In this document: in pieces, positions 1 to 9,549 of the stretch
Layout of the letters: every line of letters begins with the position of its first letter
Position numbering within the stretch: the first letter of the stretch is position 1
Source: Patescibacteria group bacterium
GTDB taxonomy: Bacteria > Patescibacteriota > Minisyncoccia > Portnoybacterales > UBA2143
Assembly (NCBI GenBank): GCA_018830295.1
Contig: JAHJSM010000003.1
Location: forward strand, 2,512 to 66,511
Direction of reading: 5' to 3'
Length of the DNA stretch: 64,000 nt
The notes under the pieces: model-generated
Seen by the model: the letters and a program-made list of their open reading frames with translations, nothing else
The model's database searches: none
What the model was told of the DNA's origin: nothing
Position numbers and translations under genes: made by a program

Positions 1-454
1 TTTCGTTCATTTCGGGTAAAAACATTCTTCGCAGATCTTTTAATCCTTTTTTTCTTGGCTTTGTTTCGCCGGTAAAAAGTTTTAGCAATTTCGCGATGTC
101 GGCTGGAATGTTCCATAATTCAATATATTTGCCTATCCATCTTTTATCAACCTGATTGCCTCCGCTATTATGATTGCTAACCAGTTTTACTTGTAAATTT
201 TGAACATCTATTTGAGATTTTAACTTGATGCTTATCTGTATTTGCACTTGAACATCGGCTTTATACGAGCCCCTTATTTTAGACGCTTTTACATATTCAA
301 TATCATTGATATTATAGTCCATCGCTTCAAGCCATTTTTGAGCGGTTTTATCTTTCTCCCAGTCGTTGAATTTATCAATAACATCTTTTTCATTCCTAAA
401 TCCGTCTTTTGCGGTTTTGGATCCTCGTTTTATTAATTCTTTTTTGGCGGTCAT
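1..454 (-). CDS. Type II restriction endonuclease, HinP1I-like (partial, runs off the left edge)
   Basis: Not in the ORF track. Manual translation from ATG 454: MTAKKELIKRGSKTAKDGFRNEKDVIDKFNDWEKD...YKADVQVQ...NLQVKLVSN...NQVDKRW...WNIP...FTGE, which matches the recalled R.HinP1I pattern (GSKTAKDGFKNE, QVKLVSN, FTGE). Lies directly downstream of a C5 MTase. Confidence 0.8.
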   Translation of the reverse strand, partial: MTAKKELIKRGSKTAKDGFRNEKDVIDKFNDWEKDKTAQKWLEAMDYNINDIEYVKASKIRGSYKADVQVQIQISIKLKSQIDVQNLQVKLVSNHNSGGNQVDKRWIGKYIELWNIPADIAKLLKLFTGETKPRKKGLKDLRRMFLPEMNE

Positions 455-474
455 ATTATTTGTTTGTTTATTTG

Positions 475-1464
475 TTATTTATTTATAAAATTAAGAAGGC
501 TTTTGCCGAACGCTTCAACAGTATTGACGGTCATCGCGTTGCCGGCTTGGCTAAGCAGGTAAATATCTTGAATTTTATCTTTGACTTTGCTTGATATTTC
601 TTTGGGAAATCCTTGCAATAGCAAAGCCTCGTAGCCGGATAATTTTCTAAATTTTCCATTTTTGACATACAAAATTCCGTGTCTTCCTGTTCGCAATGTT
701 GGCGCCTTTCCTCGATATAGACGCAAATCTGATTGGCGAGTGTCTATAATCAAATAATCCTCTTTTAAAAATTCGTCAACTGAAAATCTATTCTTATTAT
801 ATTTATTATTAACATAATTTAAGAATGTTTCGTAAGTTCTTTTCTTTTCGCCAAATTCCAGTTCGCTATCGTCTATTAAATAATCTTTAAGTTCGGGGGT
901 TTCTACAATTTCCGGATATACAAATCTTTTATCATTCTTCGCTAAATCATTTCGCATTCCGACAAAATATATTCTTTCCCTCATTTGCGGCACTCCGTAA
1001 TGAAGGCTGCTAACCAACTTCCAATAAACATTGTATCCCGCTTCGCCCAGAGCGTTCAAAATGATTTTTAACGATTGGCCGCTCCCATGATTCAGAAGGC
1101 CTTTCACATTTTCTAAAATAAAATATTTTAGATTTTTGGCTTTCATTATATCTATCAAATTAAAAATAATTTGACCGCGCCGATCTTTCATTCCCGTTCT
1201 TTGCCCCATAACCGAAAAAGTTTGGCATGGAAAACCAGCAATCATTAAATCAAATTCTGGTAAATCATCAGGGTTTATTTTTGTTAAATCGCCATAATTT
1301 TTTTCTTCATTGCCAAAAAATTCGCGATATGTTTTTTCTGAATTTTTATCAATTTCTGAAAAACCGACGCATTTCATTCCTAAATTTTCTAGACCAATTC
1401 GTCCGCCTCCAATGCCGGCGCAAAAATCAATAAATTTCAATTTGTTGTTTTTCGCATTCGTCAT
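475..1464 (-). CDS. DNA (cytosine-5)-methyltransferase, cognate to the adjacent REase (GCGC specificity inferred)
   Basis: Motif I DFCAGIGG, catalytic GFPCQ, ENVKGL, QMRERIY, motif X QAGNAM. Confidence 0.95.
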   Translation of the reverse strand: MTNAKNNKLKFIDFCAGIGGGRIGLENLGMKCVGFSEIDKNSEKTYREFFGNEEKNYGDLTKINPDDLPEFDLMIAGFPCQTFSVMGQRTGMKDRRGQIIFNLIDIMKAKNLKYFILENVKGLLNHGSGQSLKIILNALGEAGYNVYWKLVSSLHYGVPQMRERIYFVGMRNDLAKNDKRFVYPEIVETPELKDYLIDDSELEFGEKKRTYETFLNYVNNKYNKNRFSVDEFLKEDYLIIDTRQSDLRLYRGKAPTLRTGRHGILYVKNGKFRKLSGYEALLLQGFPKEISSKVKDKIQDIYLLSQAGNAMTVNTVEAFGKSLLNFINK

Positions 1465-1468
1465 ATTT

Positions 1469-1675
1469 TTATTTTACTAAATCATCAATAGAAACGCCCA
1501 ACGCTCTTGCTAATTTGATTATTGTTTCAATTTTTGGATTTTTAATTCCGCCTCTTTCAATTTTAATAAGTGTATTGTAAGAAATGCCGGCTTCTCTTGC
1601 CAGTTTTTCCTGCGACCAGCCCTTTTTAGTTCTGTATTTTTTTAGATTTTTTATATTGTTATGCGCAATTGACAT
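1469..1675 (-). CDS. XRE/Cro-type HTH regulator (possible R-M controller or element repressor)
   Basis: 68 aa, WSQEKLAREAGISYNTLIKIERG HTH. First gene of the HTH-M-R operon. Confidence 0.85.
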   Translation of the reverse strand: MSIAHNNIKNLKKYRTKKGWSQEKLAREAGISYNTLIKIERGGIKNPKIETIIKLARALGVSIDDLVK

Positions 1676-1724
1676 AGTATCTTAATACGCTATACTGGAA
1701 TACAAGAGATAATAAAACTTGTAT
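1669..1724 (+). promoter_or_regulatory. Putative sigma70 promoter for the recombinase plus inverted-repeat operator
   Basis: TTGACA (1669-1674), 16 nt, TATACT (1691-1696). ATACAAG-N11-CTTGTAT inverted repeat at 1700-1724, between the divergent HTH and recombinase genes. Confidence 0.55.
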
Positions 1725-1746
1725 CTAAGTAAATAATAACAAAAAT

Positions 1747-3258
1747 ATGAACAAAAGACAATCTAAAAAATGCGCGATTTATACAAGAGTATCCACGGAC
1801 AACCAAGCGGAAAAAGAATTTTCGTCTTGCGACGCCCAAGAGCAAAAAATAAAGTCATTCATCGCCAGCCAAGAGAATTGGCAGGTTTTTAAGGTATATT
1901 CTGACGCGGGATATTCTGGAGTTAATACAGACAGACCCGCGTTGCAAGAACTGCTTTCAGATTTGAAACAAGAGAAAATTGATATTGTCTTTGTGTATAA
2001 AATAGATCGGCTCACCCGTTCGCCAAAAGATTTTTATCAGTTGATTGATTTTTTTGAGCAATCAAAAATTGATTTTATTTCTATTACTGAAAGATTTGAC
2101 ACTTCAACGCCGGCAGGGCGGCTTTTGCGAAATATTATGCTTACATTTTCGCAATTTGAAAGAGAATTGGCAAGCGAACGAACAAAAGACAAATTATTGG
2201 AACGGGCTAAAAAAGGAATGTGCAACGGCGGATTGACACCCTATGGATATATTCGTGAAAATAAAAAACTAATCCCCCACTCAAAAGAATCAGAAGAGAT
2301 AAAATCAATTTTTGAAAAATACCTTGAAACAAAATCTCTTTCTGCTGTTTATAATTTTTTAAAAGAAAGGGATGTTAAAAATAAAAACGGCAAAAATTTT
2401 TCAAAAACAAGTATCGCCCACATCTTAAGAAATGTTGTTTATAACGGAAAAGTAAAATATAACAATATAATTTATAATGGACTTCACCAGCCGATAATTT
2501 CAGAAGAAATTTTTGCCCTTGCGCAAGCAATGCACAAAAACAAAATAAAAAAATTAAGACTGTATAAAAATTTTCTTTTCGGCGGATTGATTAAGTGCAA
2601 AGAGTGCGGCTCTAAAATGACATCTTGTTTTACTAACAAAAGAACAAATGAAAAATTAAAAAGATATTATTACTATCGTTGCACCTCAACACTAAGAAAT
2701 GATTGGCAAAGTTGTTCAGTAAAACAAGTGTCTGCCGAAAGATTAGAAGATTTTTGTTTGGAAAATTTAGAACGAATTTCCGTTGATAAAAACTATATTG
2801 AAAATTTGGTTTTCCGCTTGAATAATGATTTTCAATCGCCCTATCGGGCTGGATACGAACCAGCAAAAGCATGCTCTAAACTTTCGCTATTTTCGGCAAA
2901 GAAAATCGCGAACAACCTAAAATCCTTCCTCTCCGCCCTCTCTCGGAAAAAAGGGATTGAAAGAAACCTCTTGATTAAAAAATTTCTGAAAGAAATTATC
3001 TATTCCCCTGAAAATGTTAAAATTCGGCTCTTTTATTCAGAGAATTCAGAGAATTTTCCGAATTTTGCCTCCGAAAAAACGCCTGCCTTGCGAAAGCAAG
3101 GCGGCGCGAAAAAAATAAAGAAAGAAACAGAAAATGCTATTTTCTCTGACAAATCAGAGTTCGCCTCGTCTAACTCGGCTCCGCGGGCAGGATTCGAACC
3201 TGCAACCAATTGCTTAACAGGCAACTGCTCTACCATTGAGCTACCGCGGAATATTTAA
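1747..3258 (+). CDS. Large serine recombinase (resolvase + recombinase + Zn-ribbon domains)
   Basis: YTRVST catalytic motif, DRLTR, CKECG...YYRC...C zinc ribbon. The last ~26 codons read antisense through tRNA-Asn. Confidence 0.93.
   Translation: MNKRQSKKCAIYTRVSTDNQAEKEFSSCDAQEQKIKSFIASQENWQVFKVYSDAGYSGVNTDRPALQELLSDLKQEKIDIVFVYKIDRLTRSPKDFYQLIDFFEQSKIDFISITERFDTSTPAGRLLRNIMLTFSQFERELASERTKDKLLERAKKGMCNGGLTPYGYIRENKKLIPHSKESEEIKSIFEKYLETKSLSAVYNFLKERDVKNKNGKNFSKTSIAHILRNVVYNGKVKYNNIIYNGLHQPIISEEIFALAQAMHKNKIKKLRLYKNFLFGGLIKCKECGSKMTSCFTNKRTNEKLKRYYYYRCTSTLRNDWQSCSVKQVSAERLEDFCLENLERISVDKNYIENLVFRLNNDFQSPYRAGYEPAKACSKLSLFSAKKIANNLKSFLSALSRKKGIERNLLIKKFLKEIIYSPENVKIRLFYSENSENFPNFASEKTPALRKQGGAKKIKKETENAIFSDKSEFASSNSAPRAGFEPATNCLTGNCSTIELPRNI
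3179..3250 (-). tRNA. tRNA-Asn(GTT)
   Basis: Reverse complement TCCGCGGTAGCTCAATGGTAGAGCAGTTGCCTGTTAAGCAATTGGTTGCAGGTTCGAATCCTGCCCGCGGAG: acceptor stem TCCGCGG/CCGCGGA, GTT anticodon, T-loop GTTCGAATC. CCA not encoded. Confidence 0.97.
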
Positions 3259-3340
3259 TTATTGATATGATTTTATACCAAAAAACTATAATAATCAAGG
3301 TTAGACCTTGTGCCAATAATTTTAAAAATATAACTTAAAT

Positions 3341-3378
3341 AAAAAGACCGATTAGTATTTTTATAACCAATCGGTCTC
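3341..3378 (-). terminator. Probable intrinsic terminator
   Basis: AGACCGATT...AATCGGTCT stem followed by a U-tract on the - strand, downstream of 3402..3854. Confidence 0.5.
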
Positions 3379-3401
3379 AATAAAACTATTGTTAATTGAA
3401 A

Positions 3402-3854
3402 TTAAACCTCCGTTGTTTTTATAGATTCCAAAAAATCTATATAATCAACTGGTAATTTTTGCTGTCGCGCTCCCTTTAATATTTTATTCATATACAGCAA
3501 ACGCGGCTGGCCACTTCCTTTTTTGATTTTGACAAAATACGCCCATGCGATATGCTCTTCACCGTAAGAATTAAAAACGACGATTTTTTGCCTTAGATAG
3601 CCGTCAGTCAAATGGACAACTTCCCGTTGGTCTAAAACTAACATATCCGACATTGTGAGAGCATAAACCGCGCCCCAAACACGATTATTAGGATCAAATA
3701 CCATATCAGCCACCCATCCGCCTTTTGTGGATTTTCGCGTAAAATCTAATTTGAAATTTGGATAATACGCTAATGTTCCAAAAGAAGCGCTTGAACACCT
3801 TTCTCGCATTTGTTCATAAAGCAAATTTGAACCATAAGCAAAATATAATTCCAC
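3402..3854 (-). CDS. Gamma-glutamylcyclotransferase (AIG2-like) family protein
   Basis: YFAYGSNL N-terminal motif, VWGAVY, LDQRE. GTG start with a GGAGG RBS. Confidence 0.85.
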   Translation of the reverse strand: MELYFAYGSNLLYEQMRERCSSASFGTLAYYPNFKLDFTRKSTKGGWVADMVFDPNNRVWGAVYALTMSDMLVLDQREVVHLTDGYLRQKIVVFNSYGEEHIAWAYFVKIKKGSGQPRLLYMNKILKGARQQKLPVDYIDFLESIKTTEV

Positions 3855-3913
3855 AACCTACCTCCTTTGATTCTCGGGTTAATATTTTAAATAACTATGA
3901 ACAGTATAATATA

Positions 3914-5014
3914 TTATAATCTTTTTGTCAATAAAGCATCAAGCGTTTCCCTCGCGCATTTTTTCCATGAGAATTTTTGCGCTTGTTCCAATCCCCTGCT
4001 AATTAATTCCTGCCGCGCGCTTTTATCCGTCAGCGCCTCGCGCATCGCTTCTGAAATTTCGCTGATGTCATAATTATCCTGAATGTAAATCGCCGCCTCA
4101 CCCGCTACTTCTGGGATTGAAGCGACTGGACTGGTAATGACTGGTGTTCCGCAAGCGAGCGCTTCCAAAACGGGCAGGCCAAAGCCCTCATAATCGGAAA
4201 GCCAAACCAACAAATCCGCCGCGTTGTAAAGAAGAGCCAAATCTTTAGAATTGATATATTCTTTTCGCAAAACTCCCCTGCTCTTCATAGAAAAACAAGT
4301 ATAATTTTTTCCAACAATTAAAAACTGGTAACCAGGCAATTCACCGGCGATTTCTCCAAACGCTTTAATCGCTTCTGGTAAATGGCGACGATTAAAAATT
4401 GAACCAATGTAAAATATAAACTTATTTTTCACCCCGTATTTTTCCTTAACTTCCGCCAGTTTATTCTCGTCATCAATCCGTCTAAACGACTCGTCCGCCG
4501 CTAAAGGCGTGACAAAAACCCTTTCCGAATCCACTTGATAATATTTCAAAACCTCCATTTTGCTATACTCCGAAGGAACAAAAATAATCTCCGCTTTTCG
4601 CGCAGCTATTTTAGAAAATCTTTTTAACAATATTTTATCCCAAACACTCGGCCAGTTATATAAATCAGGGCGCGCCTGATAAATAATATCATGCAAGGTT
4701 AACACTATCTTCCCGCCATAAAAAAGCGGCGCGACATAAGCTGGACAAAACAAAAGATCAATCCCGTCCTTCTTAGCCGCCCGCGGTAAAACAAAATGTG
4801 TAAAAAAAGCATTACTCCGTCCGCCGATTATCTTTTTTTCAAAAACCGCCTCTGACAAGATTAAATCCTTCGGAATTTCTTCTTTAAAATACAAAATAAA
4901 TTTCAAATCATTAGGCAAATTAAAACTATTCCACTCTTTCAGCAGATTAAACAAATAGCGGCCGACGCCCGTCCGTCCGCCTTCCAAATTCCGCCCATCA
5001 ATCCCAATAATCAT
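3914..5014 (-). CDS. Glycosyltransferase family 4 (GT-B)
   Basis: MIIGIDGR start, TLHDII, YEGFGLPVLEALACGTPVI. Confidence 0.92.
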   Translation of the reverse strand: MIIGIDGRNLEGGRTGVGRYLFNLLKEWNSFNLPNDLKFILYFKEEIPKDLILSEAVFEKKIIGGRSNAFFTHFVLPRAAKKDGIDLLFCPAYVAPLFYGGKIVLTLHDIIYQARPDLYNWPSVWDKILLKRFSKIAARKAEIIFVPSEYSKMEVLKYYQVDSERVFVTPLAADESFRRIDDENKLAEVKEKYGVKNKFIFYIGSIFNRRHLPEAIKAFGEIAGELPGYQFLIVGKNYTCFSMKSRGVLRKEYINSKDLALLYNAADLLVWLSDYEGFGLPVLEALACGTPVITSPVASIPEVAGEAAIYIQDNYDISEISEAMREALTDKSARQELISRGLEQAQKFSWKKCARETLDALLTKRL

Positions 5015-5016
5015 AT

Positions 5017-5919
5017 TTAAACCTTTCCTCTTTTTCCTAAATAAAAATCCTTCATCCCTATTAAAATATACTTCGCCCAAACGCGCTTTTTTGGGGAAAA
5101 AACCAATTTAATCAACTGCTTAATCGTTCGCCAAAGCGCATCCAAGTGAACAAACGGCAAAACATACCATGGCGCGAATTTACTCGCTAAAATCAATCCG
5201 TTTCGGATGTGATAATAAATATACGAAGGCGAACCCTCAACCGTACTCTTTGAACACTTATGCCAAATCTTTGCCGCTGGGACAAAAACTGTTTTAAACC
5301 CCGCCCTCCTCGCGCGCAAAGACCAATCTACATCTTCGTAATACAAAAAATATTCATTCGGCATTAAGCCAATTTTTTCTAACGCCTCCCGCTTCGCTAA
5401 AAGACAGCACCCCGTAATATACTCTGTCTCTTGGATCGCCGGCAAATCATACTGCCCCTTATCCATCTCGCCATACCCCCTCATCGTCCCTTTGTTATAC
5501 AACCAATTCACCTCCCCGCCCGCAAACCAAATTTTATTCGGTTCGTCCGCAAAATATATCTTCGCCCCTAAAAAACCGATTTTTTCGTCGCTCTCCCCCG
5601 CTTCAACTAATCTCGTTAAAAAATCAGCGCTCGCAATCGTATCGTTATTCAAAAGTAAAACATAATCGGCGCCATTTTTCAAAGCATATCTAATACCAAC
5701 ATTATTCCCTTCGGAAAATCCCAAATTTTCTTTATTGTAAATGACTTTAATTGAAAATTGAAAATTGAAAATTGAAAATTTTTCAGTTGACCCATTATCA
5801 ACCACAATCACCTCGCAATTTGGATAGTCAACATTTTCAAGCGACTCTAAGCACTCGTGCGTATCCGCCCAATTATTCCAGTTAACAATTATAATAAAAA
5901 CCTTCGGCGGCATAATCAT
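5017..5919 (-). CDS. Glycosyltransferase family 2
   Basis: IIIVNWN, VVDNGS, LLLNND, YFLYYEDVDW. Carries a heptamer-repeat insert (FSIFNFQFSI). Confidence 0.92.
   Translation of the reverse strand: MIMPPKVFIIIVNWNNWADTHECLESLENVDYPNCEVIVVDNGSTEKFSIFNFQFSIKVIYNKENLGFSEGNNVGIRYALKNGADYVLLLNNDTIASADFLTRLVEAGESDEKIGFLGAKIYFADEPNKIWFAGGEVNWLYNKGTMRGYGEMDKGQYDLPAIQETEYITGCCLLAKREALEKIGLMPNEYFLYYEDVDWSLRARRAGFKTVFVPAAKIWHKCSKSTVEGSPSYIYYHIRNGLILASKFAPWYVLPFVHLDALWRTIKQLIKLVFSPKKRVWAKYILIGMKDFYLGKRGKV
5749..5780. repeat. TTGAAAA heptamer tandem repeat, in frame within the GT2 gene
   Basis: AATTGAAAATTGAAAATTGAAAATTGAAAATT; same unit as the flanks of the four-helix-bundle gene at 45112. Confidence 0.8.
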
Positions 5920-5926
5920 AAAAAAT

Positions 5927-6571
5927 TTATTTACCCTCAAACCTTCGTTCAAACAAATAATATATCAGCGCGGCAGCGGCGACTCCAATCAAAAACAAGG
6001 CCGCGAATAACCTCCAATCCGCCTCAATAAACGCTCCGCTTGCGTAAACAACCAAAAGCGCGAAAGGCAATTCCGCCAAAAATGTAATCAAAAGATATCG
6101 CCAAAAATCATAACGAAATATCCCAAAAACATAGCCCGTTTCCGAAGGAGTGGCAAGACGAAAAAGAAAAAGCAAAAGAAAAGTCATTCGCGGCTTCAGT
6201 TTAAGAGTCCACCCTTCCAACCTCTGCCGCCCCGCGATTTTGCTAACCAGTGGATACCCCGCGTACCGCCCAATCGCGTAAGAAACGCAACCGCCTAAAA
6301 GCCATCCAAGCAAAAGTAATAACAAAGTTGCCGCCTCCCCCCATGTCATCACCACTAAAGGAACAAGCGGAACACTGCTAAACATTCCCAAAAGCATAGA
6401 CACCGCCGCAAGCAAAACAAACGCCACGGGCGCGAAAAACGGATAGCGCTCAACAAACCCCTCAAAAACTGCCGTCAAATCAGACAAAGCGCCCCGCAAA
6501 TAAACAGAAGAGCCAAACAAAAAAGCGACAAACAAAACAAGAATGAAAATAAATATAGTTTTCTTGCGCAT
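5927..6571 (-). CDS. VTT/SNARE-associated (DedA/TVP38-like) membrane protein
   Basis: Multiple TM helices, LGGCVSYAIGRY, FLFRL, RYLLITFLAELP pattern. Confidence 0.75.
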   Translation of the reverse strand: MRKKTIFIFILVLFVAFLFGSSVYLRGALSDLTAVFEGFVERYPFFAPVAFVLLAAVSMLLGMFSSVPLVPLVVMTWGEAATLLLLLLGWLLGGCVSYAIGRYAGYPLVSKIAGRQRLEGWTLKLKPRMTFLLLFLFRLATPSETGYVFGIFRYDFWRYLLITFLAELPFALLVVYASGAFIEADWRLFAALFLIGVAAAALIYYLFERRFEGK

Positions 6572-6719
6572 CTCTTTTATTATACCACATTCTCCCAATC
6601 AGTAAAAAATAATACCTGTTTTTATTGACTTTTACGGTCATATCAAGCACTATATTCAACAACAAGAATAGAAAGCCCTTTAAAAAATGAATAAGAAATA
6701 AAATAAGGAGGACTGAAAA

Positions 6720-8150
6720 ATGAATGAAAGGAACTTGATTTTGCCTGGAAATCCAAGATATCAACCCAAAGAAATGAAGGATTTTTTTGGCTATGACAAC
6801 CTTTACTTTGGTTTGGCGCAAGTAGAAATTGCCACATTGGAAGCGCTCGGAGAAATCGGCGTAATTCCTGCAGAAGAGATGGAATCGTTGACGCTGGAAC
6901 TGAAAGAAAAACTTTTGGCAATTCCAACAAATCAGGTGGATAAAATTGAGAGGGAAATCACCCATCATGATGTTCGCGCTTGGATTAGAGAAGCTCAAGA
7001 AATAATGAATTGCGCTTTAGCCAGATGGGTTCATATTCCTCTCACCAGTTATGACGCTCTGGATACCGGAAGAATGATCCAATTTCAATCCGCCTACCAG
7101 AAAGCGCTTAAACCATCATTAAAAGAAGTTGTCTCTCTTTTGGCGGATTTAGTTGAAAAATTTGCGGGACAACTGCAAATTGGCAGAACACACGGACAAC
7201 ACGCCTTGCCAATAACTGTTGGATTTTGGCTAGCAACCATCCTTCAACGAATTCTCTATAATTGGCGCCAAATGGATATTTATTCTCGAGGGTTGGTCGG
7301 CAAGATTTCAGGAGCGGTCGGAGCTTACAATGCCCAAGTCGGACTCCGGTTAGAACAACGATGCGGCGATAAAACTTTTGAAGAACGGATTTTAGAAAAA
7401 CTTAATCTAATCCCGGCAAAAATCAGCGCGCAAATTCTTCCGCCCGAACCGCTCGCCTATTTTCTCTTCTCGTGCGCTATGATGTCGGCCTCGCTTGGGC
7501 AGTTAGGAAGAGATTGTCGCCACTTAATGAGAACGGAAATAGCCGAAGTGATGGAATCCTTTGAAAAAAATCAGGTCGGCTCGTCCACTATGGCTCATAA
7601 GAGAAACCCGATTAATTTTGAGAATCTTGAAGGAATGTGGTTAAGAACAAAAAATGAATTCGGCAAAGTAATAGACACTCTCATCAGCGAGCACCAACGC
7701 GATTTGGTCGGCAGTTGCGTTGCCAGAGATTATCCTATTATTCTAATTAATCTCCAGCAACAGATTAATACTCTAACTAAAAAGAATAAAGAAGGAATTC
7801 CGTTTCTTTCAAGAATCGCGATTGACCCAGAGGCCTGCCAAAAAAATTTCGATATGAGCTCTAATCTTATTCTCTCTGAACCTCTATATATCGCTCTGCA
7901 AATGGCTGGCTACCAAAGAGATGCTCACGAATTGGTTAATAGAGTACTGGTCCCCGAAGCGAAAAAAACAAATTCGTCTTTAATTGAAGTATTAGAAAGA
8001 TTGGCTAATAAAGATGAATACCTTCAAGAAGTGTTGGGAAAGATTCCTGAAGAAATTCAAGAACTTTTCCGACATCCCGAAAACTACATCGGCAAAGCCA
8101 AAGAAAAAGCGCGAGAAATAGCGCTCTCTGCCAGACGCCTAATAGAGTAA
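6720..8150 (+). CDS. purB: Adenylosuccinate lyase
   Basis: THHDV, LTSYD, GRTHGQHA, GSSTMAHKRNPINFE fumarase-superfamily signature. Confidence 0.9.
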   Translation: MNERNLILPGNPRYQPKEMKDFFGYDNLYFGLAQVEIATLEALGEIGVIPAEEMESLTLELKEKLLAIPTNQVDKIEREITHHDVRAWIREAQEIMNCALARWVHIPLTSYDALDTGRMIQFQSAYQKALKPSLKEVVSLLADLVEKFAGQLQIGRTHGQHALPITVGFWLATILQRILYNWRQMDIYSRGLVGKISGAVGAYNAQVGLRLEQRCGDKTFEERILEKLNLIPAKISAQILPPEPLAYFLFSCAMMSASLGQLGRDCRHLMRTEIAEVMESFEKNQVGSSTMAHKRNPINFENLEGMWLRTKNEFGKVIDTLISEHQRDLVGSCVARDYPIILINLQQQINTLTKKNKEGIPFLSRIAIDPEACQKNFDMSSNLILSEPLYIALQMAGYQRDAHELVNRVLVPEAKKTNSSLIEVLERLANKDEYLQEVLGKIPEEIQELFRHPENYIGKAKEKAREIALSARRLIE

Positions 8151-8182
8151 AAACCCAAAGAAGACAGAAAAGGAGACGCAAA

Positions 8183-9496
8183 ATGAATTATGAAAAAGGA
8201 TCACTGCTTAATGAAGGTAAAACAAAGAAAATTTGGGGCGTAAGGGATAACCCCGACATCGTGATTATTGAAAATAAGAAAGATATTACGGCCTTTGATG
8301 ACCCAAGTTTTACCAAGGAATTTGAAACTAAAGCCATTTATTCTACCAACATTACCTGCCGCGTATTTGAACTTTTGCGGAAAGCTGGCATCCCCGCGGC
8401 TTATCAAGAACAGGTTTCGCCGACCGAATTTCTGGCCAAAAAATGTATTATGATTCCCTTGGAAGCGGTTGCTCGACGATTTGCCGTAGGAAGTTATCTC
8501 AAAAGACACCCTGAATTAACTCCAAGAGAAAATGAAACGCCTCATCGTTTCCACCGATTAGTTATTGAATTTTTTCTTAAGACCACCGAAGGGAAGCTGG
8601 TTATACCGGGATATGGGAAAATAGTACAAGGACTTGACTCACAAAAAGGCGAAGAAGATCCTTTTATTACCAACCCTTACGAAGCAGAATGGCGTCTTTT
8701 TCATTCAAAGAAACCGTCATGGGATTCTGAAGCAGATTTCAAAAAATCCGTTTCAGCAATTAAGATTCTAGGAAGTGATTTTAAAGAAAAAATCGGGCAG
8801 ATGGAAAACATTCTCCGAAAAGTATTCTTAGTCCTTGAAGGCGCTTGGAATACTATGGGACTCCGAATGATTGATATGAAAATTGAATTCGGAATTACCG
8901 CCGACGGAAAACTTATAGTAGCCGATGTGATTGATAACGACAGCTGGCGGCTCCGCGACGCTAAATGGCAAGAATTAAGCAAAGAAGCGTTCCGCCAAGG
9001 AGAAGAACTTTCCGAAGTTGAAAAAAAATATGGAATTGTTTCTTCACTAATTGATCAAATCAGAATTCCTAAACAAGTTTTAATTTTCTGGAAAGGTTCA
9101 AAAAGTGATCTATCGCTCAATGTTCAAATCGTCCATTTTGACATTAATGAAATTATTTTATCCGGTCACAAATCTCCAAGAAAAGCCCTTGCTCAACTTG
9201 ATAAGATTATCGGGAAATATCCTGACGGCGGAGTAATTATTGTCAAAGTCGGACGGAGCAACGGACTTGGACCTATGCTTGCAGCCAGAACAAACTGGCC
9301 TGTTATTGCTATACCAACCACAATTGAAGAATACCCTGAAGACATTTGGAGCAGTATCCGAATGCCATCTAATGTTCCTTTGTTGACTACCTGGCCGGAA
9401 AAAAATGCTTTCCTGGCCGCCCTAAACATCCTGGCGCAAAAAAATCCGCTGGTTTATATGAGAAGGCAAATGCAAATTGAGGAACTTGATATCTAA
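8183..9496 (+). CDS. purC: Fused SAICAR synthetase / AIR carboxylase (PurC-PurE, PAICS-like order)
   Basis: EGKTK, MIPLEAVARRFAVGSY, DMKIEFG, ADVIDNDSWRL (PurC), then GSKSD, SGHKSP, GRSNGLGPMLA, WPVIAIP, SSIRMPSNVP (PurE-like). Confidence 0.88.
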   Translation: MNYEKGSLLNEGKTKKIWGVRDNPDIVIIENKKDITAFDDPSFTKEFETKAIYSTNITCRVFELLRKAGIPAAYQEQVSPTEFLAKKCIMIPLEAVARRFAVGSYLKRHPELTPRENETPHRFHRLVIEFFLKTTEGKLVIPGYGKIVQGLDSQKGEEDPFITNPYEAEWRLFHSKKPSWDSEADFKKSVSAIKILGSDFKEKIGQMENILRKVFLVLEGAWNTMGLRMIDMKIEFGITADGKLIVADVIDNDSWRLRDAKWQELSKEAFRQGEELSEVEKKYGIVSSLIDQIRIPKQVLIFWKGSKSDLSLNVQIVHFDINEIILSGHKSPRKALAQLDKIIGKYPDGGVIIVKVGRSNGLGPMLAARTNWPVIAIPTTIEEYPEDIWSSIRMPSNVPLLTTWPEKNAFLAALNILAQKNPLVYMRRQMQIEELDI

Positions 9497-9515
9497 ACTC
9501 CTCAAAACACAAACC

Positions 9516-9549
9516 AAAAAGGAAGAGCAAAATCGCTCTTCCTTTTTTT
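9516..9549. terminator. Bidirectional intrinsic terminator
   Basis: AAAAAGGAAGAGC-loop-GCTCTTCCTTTTTTT between the convergent purC-purE and cfa genes. Confidence 0.8.

Larger units (their letters stand above)
1..3250. mobile_element. Integrated element (R-M island) bounded by tRNA-Asn; other end outside the window
   Basis: AT-rich block with a recombinase abutting the tRNA 3' end, plus HTH and R-M cargo. Confidence 0.7.

Noticed and set aside
3033-3236. 67-aa - strand ORF starting in the tRNA
   Set aside because: It is a translation of tRNA-Asn plus antisense recombinase sequence.
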